A DNA stretch of 55,156 nt, the filler included, from Circinaria calcarea (lineage: Eukaryota), in assembly GCA_051942165.1 (NCBI GenBank). It is 5 parts of 5 records of this genome, joined end to end, with 100 filler letters (N's around TTAATTAATTAA, not from the genome) between each part and the next. Parts side by side here need not be neighbours in the genome. Positions count along the whole stretch, not along the records: positions 22,120 to 33,069 come from JAVECS010000736.1; positions 33,170 to 44,118 come from JAVECS010000737.1; 3 more parts are not named here. One strand, 5' to 3'. The notes beneath the pieces were generated by a model. The model was not told the origin of the DNA. It was given only the letters and a program-made list of their open reading frames with translations, and ran no database searches. Positions 26,092 to 39,016 of the stretch are shown in pieces (position 1 is the first letter of the stretch; every line of letters starts with the position of its first letter). The translations under genes and the position numbers were made by a program.

Positions 26092-28453
26092 ATGGGCACC
26101 ACTAAACTAGGAATGACAATTTGGACCAGTTCCAATGAGCACCTACATCAATGCGGAAGGTTAACCACGCAACTGTCTAAAATATCTCGAGAGTATTATT
26201 ATGCAGACAGCGTCGTTCCCGAGACAACGATGAACTGCTTTGGTATCCTGGGGGTATGGGGCATTTTTAAGCGGTGGTGTCAATACTGGGAAGTTGACGA
26301 CAATTTGTTTCTACAAAGGCTTCAGGATACTCTCGCCGTTGGAAGGCAAGTTTTGTCTTCACTCGAAGACGACCTCTCTACTTGCAAAAATGCCATCAAG
26401 TATAGGGTGCTCCGGAAAGCTGCTCGGACACGGAGGATTGAAAGGATTCTCCAAGACCATCAGAGCTCTCTGAGGGGCTATGACGGGCTTTTAAACCATC
26501 TGTTAAAGGCTATTATCCTGTAAGCAGCTCTATGACATGAACTATCCACGATTACAGGACGCCCTAATATCCAAAAGGTCACTGCCATGCGAACGGGAAG
26601 TCTTCCTGCTAAAAAACGAACCTGTTTTTCAACTATCGATTGCTATTATGCAGGCAAGGACGCCACCCCAGCTTTCATTCTCAGGTAACATCAAACAAGG
26701 CCGGCTCCACAGACTGGTTCGGAACCGTTCACACTGTCCAGACGCTCCTCCCTCCTCCAGAATCCACACCGAAAGCTTTGGAACCGGCGAGCATACGGAC
26801 TATCATGACAATACGTCAGCTCAGCCTGGGGAAGATTTCCATTTCGGACTATATCCGACCCTCAGTGGCCAGACTCTCGTGGCTCAAAATGAGAGCATTT
26901 TCGAAGAGCCTCTAAGACTGCTGAAATTTTGGTCAGTTCATGATGCATCTAGCATTATACAGCTAAGCCAAGACCATCGCACTAAAGCAAAAGGAAATCA
27001 AGATAGCAAGGCAACCGTCCTGGAGGTCGGCAATGAAGAAATACTCCCTCCCATTGACGGTAGAAACGCAACGCACAGTAATGACGATTACGCTTCATGG
27101 CTCCTACACCTTGCTTTCCAGCAAGAACGAATCGACCTCCTTGAAATGGCGTTCGAAAATTATATTCCGGTATCGACCGAGTGGTTGCAACAGCGTCTGG
27201 TAATTGCTTCCCGAGACGGTAGTAAGCCACTTATACAGTTCCTTCTTGCTCGCGGCACCAAAGTGCAAGATCCTGCAATTCTAGGGGCACTTCTGAAACA
27301 CCACCTATCAGACCTTCTTACCAAAGCCTTTGATCCCGCGAACGTGGTACACACGGATTGGAGACGGCAGCAGTTGCTGAACGCTTGTCAAAATGGCCTT
27401 TTCCGTGAAGCTGTTAGCATGCTCGATCTAGGAGAGGACGTCGAGGCCAGGGCAGCAGCATCAACATGTCTTATGAAGGGGCGGACAGCATTACATGCTG
27501 CAGCGAGACACGGTCACATCGAAATCGCCCGACTTCTGCTGGAACGTGGTGCATGGATCAATAGTGTATATACTGGGCTTCGTCATCCGCTTCATGAAGC
27601 CGCATCGGGAGAGCATGCCCTTATGGCGAAATTCCTCCTACAGAATGGGGCTTCAGTGGATGCTCAGGACGAATCCCGTTACCGCCCACTCCATACTGCC
27701 TGTATGGCCGGATCTTGTGACGTTGCACGGGTTCTACTTGAGGCCGGAGCTCAGATCAGTTCCTGCGGCAACGACAAGTTCCAGCCTATACATCATGCTG
27801 CCCAAGATACGGACAACGCTGACCTCATCCGGCTTCTCGTATCATACGGAGCCAACGTTGAGGCCAAGCACTCGTTTCGGCACACACCCTTGATAATGGC
27901 TTGCAGATCCAAGCATTCAAGCGCCGTACGGGCTCTTCTAGACGCTGGTGCGAACCCAAACCACAGAGGGGAGAAATCGCCCCTACAGATTGCATGTCAA
28001 CTGTCGCACTTGGGCATTGCAAGGAGTTTGCTCAAAGCTGGAGCGGACCCCAACTGCGATGAAGGCGTCGGTATCGGCACGGAGATAAAGACGCCATTGG
28101 CCATAGCTACTTCCTACCTTGACGTTGAGATAATGAAAGAACTTCTCAGCCAAGGTGCGAACGTGGATGGCTGTAATGGGAATGGGTTCGCAGCCGTTCA
28201 TGTCATTGCTTTGGGCAATCACGCGCAAGCTTTGAAAGAGGGTTTATATATGGAAACTGCTCTGGAGGTCTTAAAGGAATACAAGGCCGATTTCCAAGCC
28301 GAGGATAGCCAAGGACGTCGGGTACCTCATTACCTTGCAGAGCGAGCCAGGTCCGCCGTCGAGGAGGGAGCTTGTATCCAACAGCTAGCCCCGCAGCTCC
28401 GTTTCCATGGCGCTGTCGGGAATTTTCCCTCCCTTGGGGGGATGAAGTTGTAA
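26092..28453 (+). CDS. Ankyrin-repeat protein with HeLo-like/fungal STAND N-terminal helical domain, ~767 aa; intron 26520-26577
   Basis: Intron GTAAGC..CTAAT..AAG joins ORFs 26092..26523 and 26537..28453 in frame; repeats GRTALHAAA, RHPLHEAA, YRPLHTAC, FQPIHHAA, HTPLIMAC, KSPLQIAC, KTPLAIAT; N-terminal pattern L..TL..G..VLS.LE.DL..HQ..LRG...LL.A..L. Confidence 0.8.
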
Positions 28454-29248
28454 TTAGGACTAGCAGTACTTAGGCAGTTATTTCTCCTCTATCAAGACTT
28501 ATATTAAAGATTGAATATTGGCTTGTCAGCATTACAGGGGATACCTGACAGAGGTAAGGGCAGCTTATAAAGAAGAGTGAAAATAATCGGTTAGCTCCAC
28601 AACGAGGTATGCTTCCAGGGAGGCCTTAAGTGTGAAGCTACGCCTATCACAAAAAAATATATTATGAGGTTTTTTTTGGCGAGGTGGTTGAGCTTGGGAC
28701 TTCTGCGGTAGCGACAATTTCCAGCCTATGTATCATGTTGCCTCTGATGCGGATAACGCCGATAAGTCACGGACGAATAAATTTGAAGGTGACAGCCAGC
28801 AAGACATGGATAATAGGAAGGACTGGGAATGGGGCGGTGAGAGAATTGGGTAATAGTGGAGACGATGCTTTTATATAATGAGGTTCATCGTCGTTGTATA
28901 TAGTGTGATGACTGTTAAATCACCAGGAGATATACACGCATGGCGCAGTTTCTGATGGCTATCAGAACGAATTTCACTATGAGTTCATTCCAATTCGATT
29001 ATAGATTTTGCTGTCCTCATAAGCTGTTTCATGGCGCCCAGTCGGATTTCAGGATGATGCACGTCCGTCGATCATCCATTATTACCTTTTCGAGAATGGT
29101 CGAGCCGGTGGCTGATGCGGTCCAAGGACGTTGCCGCTCCGAAGAATAGGGTCCTGCCAAGAACCCGGAGGCAGAGTGACAGGATCAGCCTTGCAACGGT
29201 ATTTTTGGGTTCCTAAGAAATCTCAACATCTTCTTTCCTTTTCACTTC

Positions 29249-30681
29249 ATGGCCGGCCGAGGGAAGAAGGCGGTGAATATTGATATCCAGAAAAGTTCAT
29301 CCGACGAAATGATCACTTCTTCTGACTCCTTTCGGGGGTATGCTCAAAGCCTTTCATCTCAACTGCTGCGCCGTCCGGTCTACCCTCTCCTTATCCTGGG
29401 TATATTCGGCTTCTTCACCATTCTCCATTACCAATGGAAGTTCCGAGACGCGGCACCTTACTGGCAAAAGCCTCAGGACCTCTCATGGGATCAGTCGCAC
29501 GATCCCAAATCATTGCTGCTTGATAGCCAGCAGTGTCAGAACAACTTCCCCGGACTTTTCCAGGAGGTCGATCGCATGGTCCATGCCAATCGCGGAAGCC
29601 CAATCACTAAAGAGGCCCTCGACGACGTTGAACATCGAAATGGCTACATCAGAGGCATGCTATATAACCAGCAGGTATGAAATCATATCTCGCGCCTTTA
29701 GTCCTGTTACCAAATCTTGCCTCCAGTCTTGAGAAGAGAGCTGACTCTCTTTCTTCCTAGCTATATATTATTGCAACCCAAGGCGGTATCTACTCCCGAG
29801 GCTTTGCAACAATCCAGGCTCTGCACCGAGCGATAGTGACATCGCCTACTCCCCTTCCGAATATTGAGTTTGTCCTTAGCACGGATGACAAGCTCCCTCC
29901 TCTTCCTATCTGGTCATATGCCCGCCATCGAGACGATACCACCACCTGGCTCATGCCAGACTTTGGATTCTGGAGCTGGCCCGAGACAAAAGTTGGCAGC
30001 TATGGAGAAGTGCAACGCAAAGCCATGGAAATGGAAGAAACAGCGGATAACCCTTCCCAAAAATCCTGGGATTGGAAACATAAGCACGATAAGCTGCTCT
30101 GGCGAGGTGCAACTATGGATTTAGAACTGAGGAGAAATTTCATCAATATGACAACGGGAAAGCCATGGGCAGATGTCAAGGCCATAGAGTGGCATAATGC
30201 CGACAGTATGGGTGCCGACTTCAAGTCTATGGATGAACATTGTCAATATAAGTATCTTGCACATACAGAGGGAAACTCCTACTCCGGCCGCCTTAAGTAC
30301 TTGCAGAATTGTCACAGCGTCATCGTCGCTCACGATATGGATTGGATTCAACACTACACTTCTCTAATGAAACCATTTGGACCGTCGCAGAATTACGTTC
30401 TTATCAAACGAGACTTTAGCGATCTTGAAAAGACAATGCTCAAACTGCGGAAGGATGACAAATGGGCGGCTCGTATTGCAGAGAACAGCAAAAACACATT
30501 TGCAAGGCATTATCTCACTCCCCCAGCCGAAGTCTGTTATTGGAGGAGACTCATCCGTGGTTGGGCAGAAGCAAGCTTTGAACCAACGCCTTTGGAAATC
30601 AAGAATGGGACTCAACAATGGCGTGGTATCGCGGTGGAGAGTTACCTGCTTGAGCGAAGACTGGAATGGGATCCATACTAA
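29249..30681 (+). CDS. Glycosyltransferase family 90 (CAP10/DUF821-like), type II membrane; intron 29675-29760
   Basis: N-terminal TM; QCQNNFPGLF; PNIEFVL; WLMPDFGFWSWPE; KLLWRG; HCQYKYLAHTEGNSYSGRLKYLQNC; RHYLTPPAEVCYWRRLI. Confidence 0.9.
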
Positions 30682-30890
30682 ATTTTATCATGAATCACTT
30701 GTTATGGGATGAAACCGTCTCTTCGCCGAGATCTCGCCGTCACTCACTGTGGACCAGATACGTGTTATTTATATACATTGGATAAAACTATCTCCTTCGA
30801 GCGCATAAAAGAAGGTCAGTAAAATGGTAACATATATGTTTATGGACCTAACAACATAATTTATACGCGCTGGAAAGGATTATGAAAACC

Positions 30891-32541
30891 TCATGCTCCC
30901 ACAGGCAAAGCGACTGGATTCCCCCAAAGTCCCGGGCGTGGAACATCCCGTACCTTTACTGTGATATCCGACCCATTAGTTTGATAAAATAAGAAAAGCT
31001 GCTGGGTTTTCCCTCGGAAGCCGGCGCTCATGGATATTTTCGAACCAAGCATTGCGGGTGTGACAACAACCCCTGTACTCGAATCTTGTGTGGTAATATT
31101 TTGCACAATTAGACCGTTCGAGGTTACGTTTGCTACCCAGTACTCCGCACTACCATCACCAGCTTGGTTGCCGACATTGACGAGTTCATGCAGATTAGAG
31201 GTTGGGTCTTGATAATATAGGTATCGAGGGCCGCCTACTCCACTCCCGCCAAGGCTTAATGTGGAGTTCGTAACCGCCGTTGCAGTGAGGCCTAAAAAAT
31301 ATTAGGTTGAACTATTCATTACATTACCAATAAGAGCCCGAACGTACCTGATTGCCAAGTATTCGATGCGTTTTGGCAACATTGCGAACAAACGTACTCT
31401 TGGACTTCCAGATTCTTGGTGATACCGTAAACCCGCCACGCGCCACCATCGACCATCAGAGCCAGATCCGCACTGGAAGCTAGTTCGGGGAAAAGATTGT
31501 TATTCTGTTTGGACCAGGTGTCATCATCCGCAGACCATCGGGCCTCTTGGACTCCATCAGTTGATTCATAGAAGATCCAACCCAAACCTCCGCGGGCGGT
31601 ACATGGCCCTACATAAGCAGAAGATAGGGCGGAAGAAGAGGAGGAGACTTGTATGGTGGCCGCACCTAGAGTTCCGTTAATCCATACATCACTTGCATGC
31701 TGGCCTCGGAGCTCCTGGAGGTAACCCGTTTCGTCAACGTAGTACAGATAGATCAAGGGACCCGTTCCCAAGTAAAAGGCACTGAGCCCAGTTCCAATTC
31801 TCGCCCCGCTCGTCACGAATGTGGAAGGGTGCCATGCAGATTCGTTGTACACCACTTTGCGTATATCACCGTTCGAGTACTGATAAAAGACAACATAGTT
31901 CTGTTGGGTTGGATTCCTGTCCGATGCCGCACTGTATGTCAAGGAGGTTATAGTAGTGCCGTTCAATGCAAAAGCCGGGTTCGATGCTTTCGGCACTCCT
32001 CCTGCTCCTCCACTGCTAGGGGCTGGGGGAGCACCATTACCATTACCAGACATTGGAATGGTGGAATTTGATGCAGGAGCACTACCTGCCGAAGCGATTG
32101 TTAATTTTCTGAAGCGAGCAGTTTTCAGAAGTGCCCCGGACTGGGTCGTTGACACGGAATGCTTACGCTGGATTCTTGTGTTGCATCAAAGCTCGATGAC
32201 CAAAATATCCACCAACCCCTCCTGCCACGGCCAGAGCGGCTACTATACACATAGCCACAAGTGCCTGAAGTCCCAACTTCCGCCGTCGACTCTGCGATTT
32301 TGGTAGGGAGGGGAGATCCTTTCCTGATGGCGAGCCAGCCTTCTCGGCCAGATGCCCGCCCATCGGGTATGACCATTGTGGAGGATTGACAACTTCCGGA
32401 TAGTTATCTGGTCTCTGTGCAACCTGGGGCGCGCTGGCGTAATCATATTCGTGATAGCCGTTCTGCTAATGTAGATGTCAGTTATCAAGGCATTTTGGAT
32501 TTTCCAATAAAGGTGGGAAATACTGGAGCACTTGATTCCAT
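30891..32541 (-). CDS. Membrane-anchored fucose-specific-lectin-fold (beta-propeller) protein; exons ~32541-32524, 32465-32167, 32081-31348, 31291-30891
   Basis: RRRKLG then TM ALVAMCIVAALAVAGGVGGYFG; Ser/Gly/Pro linker; six blade-like repeats (VFYQ..GDIRK, LYYVDETGYLQE, IFYE..GVQE, RVYG..VQE, LYYQ..NLHE, LFYQ..DIT) followed by Trp. Confidence 0.72.
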
Positions 32542-33069
32542 TTACGAGCTGCCCCAGGATGTTACGCTTGTCCGAAGTTGTAGTTAAGGTCGACGAAGTG
32601 ATAGGAGCAATAGCAAACGATGAAATTTGATGGCCTTAAGATGTGAGAAACTGATGTAGCTTATGTGGTACAAGATATTAGATACTCCGTACGGAGTTGG
32701 CACAGGCACAAATCAGTCTCAACTGTCAAACCTCTACACGCCGTGCATTGATTGCCATTAGGCGAGATTCACCTGCAACAGCCAATTCCATTACAGGCTC
32801 ACTACCCAGCCCTGCCACAGCAAAGAAGCGCTCCAGAGAGACTTTTGTGTAACCATTATGTTTTGGCCGTGCCTTTTTGACACATTTAGCTGGTCCTATG
32901 GGACGAAGCAGTCGAGATCCGCGAAGCCATTTTGGGTGTTAGTGCTTGGGTGCAGTGGTTGGTGGCGTTTTGTACAAGGGGCTAACTGGCGGCGTAGGGC
33001 AGCAAACAGATGCAGGGGGGGGAAGAGGGAAGGCCGGATCGCCTTTTTTTGGTAGAGAACGCTTTAGAT

Positions 33070-33169
33070 NNNNNNNNNNNNNNNNNNNNNNNNNNNNNNN
33101 NNNNNNNNNNNNNTTAATTAATTAANNNNNNNNNNNNNNNNNNNNNNNNNNNNNNNNNNNNNNNNNNNN
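33070..33169. other. Artificial contig linker
   Basis: N44-TTAATTAATTAA-N44. Confidence 0.98.
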
Positions 33170-33342
33170 TAGTATTCCTGCCTCCGTGCCAGCATCTGTC
33201 TAAAGTCCTCCACCAGATCCGGCGCCGGCGCCAACAGCCTCAGGATTTCTTCGTGGTTTGGCTCGTTGCGGGTACACAGCCCCGCCTCGACCATCAGACC
33301 CATGAGCTTCCAGAGCAGCTTCGGATCATCGCCGAAGCGTTT
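33170..33342 (-). CDS. Probable exon of an unidentified gene running off the contig end
   Basis: ACTAAC-AACAG acceptor then open frame KRFGDDPKLLWKLMGLMVEAGLCTRNEPNHEEIL up to the gap. Confidence 0.35.
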
Positions 33343-33773
33343 CTGTTGTTAGTCTCGTTAACCCAGATTTCATTCTTCCTATCGAAACCGTACTGGGGAG
33401 AGAATCGTGCCTGGAATGAGGACGAGAGGGGGCGAGAGATTCACAGCACGAGGGAGCAATGGTTGGGAAAAGTGAATGGGCAAAGGGAAATGGGGAAATT
33501 GAAAATAGGAAATTAGGTGCGAAACTTCCGAGGGCTTGTAAGTTGTGAATTTGTGAATTGTGGATTGGTGAACTGTACAGGGATTTTGCCATTTCCACTC
33601 TCACTGTTGAACTTACATTTGGGGCATAGACATCGTTTCGGCATCAGCATCACTGCGTCCCTTCTGCTTCATAACAACGCCCCTGCAAATGCAAAGGCTC
33701 GACGCCTCCCCCCAAAAACGCCCTGCCCCGCCCCATCAATGCTTTTTCTTCCCATCCGCAGAAAAGCCGTCAC

Positions 33774-36700
33774 TCACTTTACCGCCGGAAACTCATCCTC
33801 TAACCTCAACCGCGCACTAACATTCATGCTCAACAGCTCCTGAATTAGCAACTTGGCCGCGTACGGAATCGTCATCTTGACGACCCCCTGGCTCTTGCGG
33901 CAGGTTTGGCAGTAGCCCTGATAGCCCATCATGCCGCACGTCTCGCAGACGTCGACCTGGTGCGCGTCGCTTGAGAGCATCAGCCTTTCCAGCAGCAACT
34001 GGGAGGCCCCGTACGCGATGAGGCAATCGCGCTCCATCTCGCCGAGGCGCAGACCGCCGTCTCGCGATCTTCCTTCTGTGGGTTGGCGGGTCAAGATCGC
34101 TCGGGGGCCACGCGAGCGCGAGTGCATCTTGTCTTGAACCATGTGCTTGAGTTTCTGGTAGTAAATGGGGCCGAAGAAGACGTACGCGGGGAGTGATTCG
34201 CCGGTGATTCCACTCGTGACGAAGTCTTTCCCGGAATAGCTGAAGCCGTGCTCGATAAGGATATCACCCATATCTTCCACCTTGCTGCCGCCGAATGCGG
34301 TTCCGTATTGCAGGTCTCCGGACATGACGCCTGCTTTGCCAGACAAGAGTTCGAGCATCTTGCCAACCGTCATTCGTGATGGGAAACCATGCGGATTCAT
34401 GATTATGTCTGGCGTGATGCCTTGGTCATTGAATGGCATGTCTACTTGTTCGGCGATGATACCCACTACGCCTTTCTGACCGTGCCGAGATGAGAACTTG
34501 TCACCAACTTCTGGACGTCGAGTCTGCCTTGTCTGGACTTTCAGGAGTGTGTATTCTCCTTCGGTCGATGAGAGCATGACTTTGTCGATGTAGCTCGGAT
34601 CAGGAAGCCTATAAGTCATCGGGGCATCGCGATATCCATCGGTACCACGGTCAGTACCAAGTCCGGTGGATGAGGTGTCAAGGGGGATTTGCTTCATAAT
34701 ATAGACCTCTCCAAAACTGACTTTTTCACCTACCTGTGCCAGGCCATGCTCGTCCAGGAGAGCATGTTTTGCAATTGGACCGCCATTCTCTTCATGACGA
34801 TCACCGATCCTCTCTGATTTCCCGCTGGGATAGCGTCGAAGGGTAGTTGCATATTTACGGAATACCTGGCAACGACCGAAGCCACGATCACAGGAGGCCT
34901 TGTTGAGCACAAGCGCGTCCTCAATATCGTATCCCGAGTAACTCATAACCGCTACAATGGCATTTTGACCTGCTGGAAGCTTGTCATATTTGATGAGTTC
35001 AATGGCTCTGGTCTTGACCATGGGTTTTTGTGGGTAAACCATCAGGTAGAGTAGGGTATCGATTCGAAGAAACTGATTGTGAGCAATTGCACCTATCGCT
35101 TGCTTGCCCATAGCGCACTGATATGTATTTCGCGGAGACTGGTTGTGATGAGGATAAGGAATGAGACCTGCCACTGCGCCTAGGATTGTAAAGGGCTCAA
35201 TCTCAAGATGGGTAGTTGCTTCATCAATGTCTGTCTCGTACACGGCGATATTCGAATCATTCTCCTCGTTGACGTCCAGATACTCCACGAGCCCTCTTGC
35301 CAAGAAATCATCAAAACTCATGTTACCCTTTCGTAAGGCCTTGAGATATCTGATGCCGACCTTTGACTTGGCATTTTCGACCACAATCAATGGCCGGCAA
35401 ATTCTGCCTTCATCGGTGGCAATGTGAACAGCATTGTGATGATGATTGATGAAGATGCTGACAAACTCGGAGACCCTACCCATTCGACGCATTCTCCGAA
35501 AGGCATCCAGAAACTGTTTGGGTAGCCGTGTCACGGCAATGGGTGTACCGTTTACAAAGATAATGTATGCCCCATTTCCATAGAGGTCTTTGCCATTTAC
35601 AGTAGCAATATTTTGTGCTCCGAGAACGAAGACTAACCGCCGTACAGCTCCCTCTTCGTCATCAGTAGTGATGTGTGTCATAAGTGCCAAATTCTTGACT
35701 AGGCCACAAGCCTCCCCTTCGGGCGTGTCCGATGGACACAACATTCCAAACTGAGAAGGCTGTAAAGCTCGCGGACCGCTAACTTTTCGAGTTTTTTCGA
35801 ACTGACTGGTAATTCGGGTCATCATTCCTAACGCACTGATATAGCTCAACCGACTCAGTACGTGTGTCACACCGGCCCTATTCATCCTGAAACGTTTTAG
35901 ATTCCAATTGCCCGTTGATATCGCTCGATTCATGCCTTGAGTGATGTAGTTGGCGTGTAAGGCAAGGCTCTGGTGGGCGTCAAACTGCTGCGTGCGGATT
36001 GGCCTTTTCAACTGTTTATCGATATTGAGCTTGAGATCATGATTGAATTTCTTGAAGAGATCCTCGAAGAGTAAAGACAACAGTTGACCTGCCAACTCTA
36101 ACCGCTTGTTCCCAACGTAATCTCTATCGTCAACGAGGCTAGGGTCATGGTTCGCCATCAAAACTCTCCTCACCATGAAAGCTACATACAAGGCTTTGGG
36201 ACGGAAGTCGAGACGGTGGACCGGAACATGTGTGATGATGATATCTGATAAAGCTTCCAAAGCCTCTTGGCCATAGTCCTTCCTACCTTGGCCAAAACCA
36301 GGTTTGCCCATTGATTTGACCCGGGATCCCAGGTAGTCCAGGGCTTGTTGCCGCGTGTACACGCCGAGCTTAGCACACTCCTCAAAGTTCACCATGAATT
36401 GGTCTTGATAGGTCGCATCTGTGCCGGCAACAAGTAATAGGATCTCGTGGTCTGAGGGGACACCCATGGCTTTGAATACGAGTACAATCGGAATATCCTC
36501 GCTAAGTACGTTGTGCACCAGATAGATGCGGTCCTTCTTCATCACAACGTAGCTTTTGGACTTGCGCTCATGTGTCGAACTTTAGAACCGTTAATAATCG
36601 ACGCATAGGCCTGTTGAAAGCGAACGTACCTCGTCACAGACGCTTGCACGACACCCTTCTTAGGGTCTGTTTCCACGATTACTCTGTTTTTACTCAACTG

Positions 36701-37596
36701 CTCCTGGACCAATATGACCTTTTCGGTCCCGTTGACGATAAAATAACCACCCGGATCCAGGGGACACTCGTTCAGCAACGCCATATCTTTCTCTTGCTTA
36801 TTCGACAGAACACAGTTTGCGCTTCTAAGCATAAGTGGAAGTCTCCCAATGGGAACGCCGCGTCTTTGGATGTTTTCCTTTCCGCGAGAGTACATCAGGT
36901 CGACGAGGATCGGTGCCGCGTATGTCATATCACGTAATCGACACTCATTGGGAGTGATGGTAGAAGTATGAGCCGACTTTGGACCTATGGGATCCTCATC
37001 CATGCGACTCGGTTTTCCCACATAGATGTCTGTGTATTTGATGTAAAAGCTAGGCTCAACATCGCTAAGGACCTTCTGGTTTGCCTTGATAATCTTCTTC
37101 AGTTCGACCTCGACGAAAAAATTGAACGAGTCTATATGCTGCTTGACGAGCCCCTTCACCTTGAGAAAGGCTGGAAGTAGATTCCATTTGTCTCTTGCCG
37201 TGTCGATCGGATCTGTCAAGGATTTGCCGTAGTAAAATGGCTCCAGGAGAGCATCAAAGCCCTAAGCACCCCCTCCCCATCAGCAACTATCGTACATTCG
37301 CATATTCTAAACCCTACATCTCTGCCTCGAGCCGGCTTCCTTTCGCTTTTGGGTGCTGATGTTTTGTTCGTGGCGTCAACCTCTTCGGGTTGGTCTGATG
37401 GTTTCGACTTCGGTTTTGGCTTCACCTTTGGCTTACTCGGAGGTCTTTTCTGTTTCTGCCAGTAGTCTTGTCAGTAGACGGTCACCAAGTGTCCGTTGCG
37501 TAGCAGACTGACCGGAACTGGATCAGAGGCGGGAACAGGCTCAGGAACTTCGGACGCGACTTGAACCGGACCGGTAGGTCTCTTTCGAGGAGGCAT
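33774..37596 (-). CDS. RPC2: RNA polymerase III second-largest subunit (C128), 4 exons
   Basis: [94 protein letters not shown]; start MPPRKRP. Confidence 0.97.
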
Positions 37597-39016
37597 AGTT
37601 GATATGTACCTATGTGTGCGTGGCTGTGTATCATACTCGTTGGCATCCTTTGAGAAACCTGAATGAATCAGAATCAATGGCGAGCCGATAAGGATCTCGA
37701 ACCGACTCTTGGCGGCATGGGCGTTCGTCTTATCTTAGCGCGGATGGTGCCTTGAAACAATTGTTGACTTGTGGTAGGTAAATCAAAGGCCCGAGCTTCC
37801 GAGGACCCTTTTTCGCCTGCCAACCTGCATAAGCTGCCCAAAAGGACGACACCCTCTCCCTAAACCCCTAAACCCCGGACGCCGACCCTTGTTGCCGCCT
37901 CACCGCCTTCTTGCGTAAATGGGCCTCGAGTGTGGGGTTTGGGCGGTCTAGAGTTCCTCTCAACGGGGTTTAACTGGGCACGACAGCTGATGGTGGAGTC
38001 CTTCATATAGACGCAAGGACCCCTCCCGCTCTCAGAGACATTTGTTCAACAGCCTGCGGCTTGGGTTCGCTACGAGGAAGAAAGGCAGACACTGCCGGCA
38101 TCAAACCATATTGCTGGGGGAGGGGGAGAAGGTGGGATCGTCGCACTTGACCTGCTCTCACATGCTGGAACTGGACTCGGGATTCCTTGGTATAGAAGGC
38201 CTAAGGTGAATGGAGAAACGTTGGAGTCTTCTTTTGGTAGACTGGACTGTTCTATCAAACGTGCCATGGACCCTGTACCTCTCTCTTTACCTATAAAGGG
38301 ATTCTAGGCGATCTTTCTTTTCCTCTTTCCTCTTTCCTCCGCCTTCGAACGAGACCATTGGGCCATTCCGTAGACTGACTAAATTTATCCGCCGGGGTAA
38401 AAGCGACTAAGGCATGGCTAAAAGGTAGAAATCAAAGGGGAGGCGCCAATCCCCAACCTGCGGTTCCTCTTTTATCTTAGCCTCCCTTAGCCCCTGGTCC
38501 CGCGTCCCTCCTCCCCCCCCCCCGATTACTCTGCGCTGCCCCCAATCGTCCATCAACTCCACACCGAACCTCCAAACTTGGAATGTAAGAATATATACAC
38601 CCCCGACATCTTGCCATATATACCTCGGGGAGGACTTTCATCTGTACTTGTATCTTGGCCTGTACCATCATCTGCCGTCGCTGCCTAGACTCTCCTGCAC
38701 CTGTCCGAGCCCGTGTTCTGGTTTGCGGAGCGAACCAATGCACGCTGCGTCGTTGGGTCTCAAGACCGATTGTCCGTCGACTGACCCGTAAAGGAGGACA
38801 AAGGTTCACTCGATTCATTCGATTCACTGTCAGTATGTCCGCTGTCATCTCACTTCATTCACTCAAACGCGCGCTTGCTCTATAACTTCCCCTTCTGCTG
38901 CCTCCTTGCTTCTTCTTTCATCATCTCCTCCACTCAACCCACCACTTACCCCACCTATATCCTACCCTTACCTTAACCCCAAACTGATGATCCCAGCCTA
39001 GTCACATACCGCCGCC

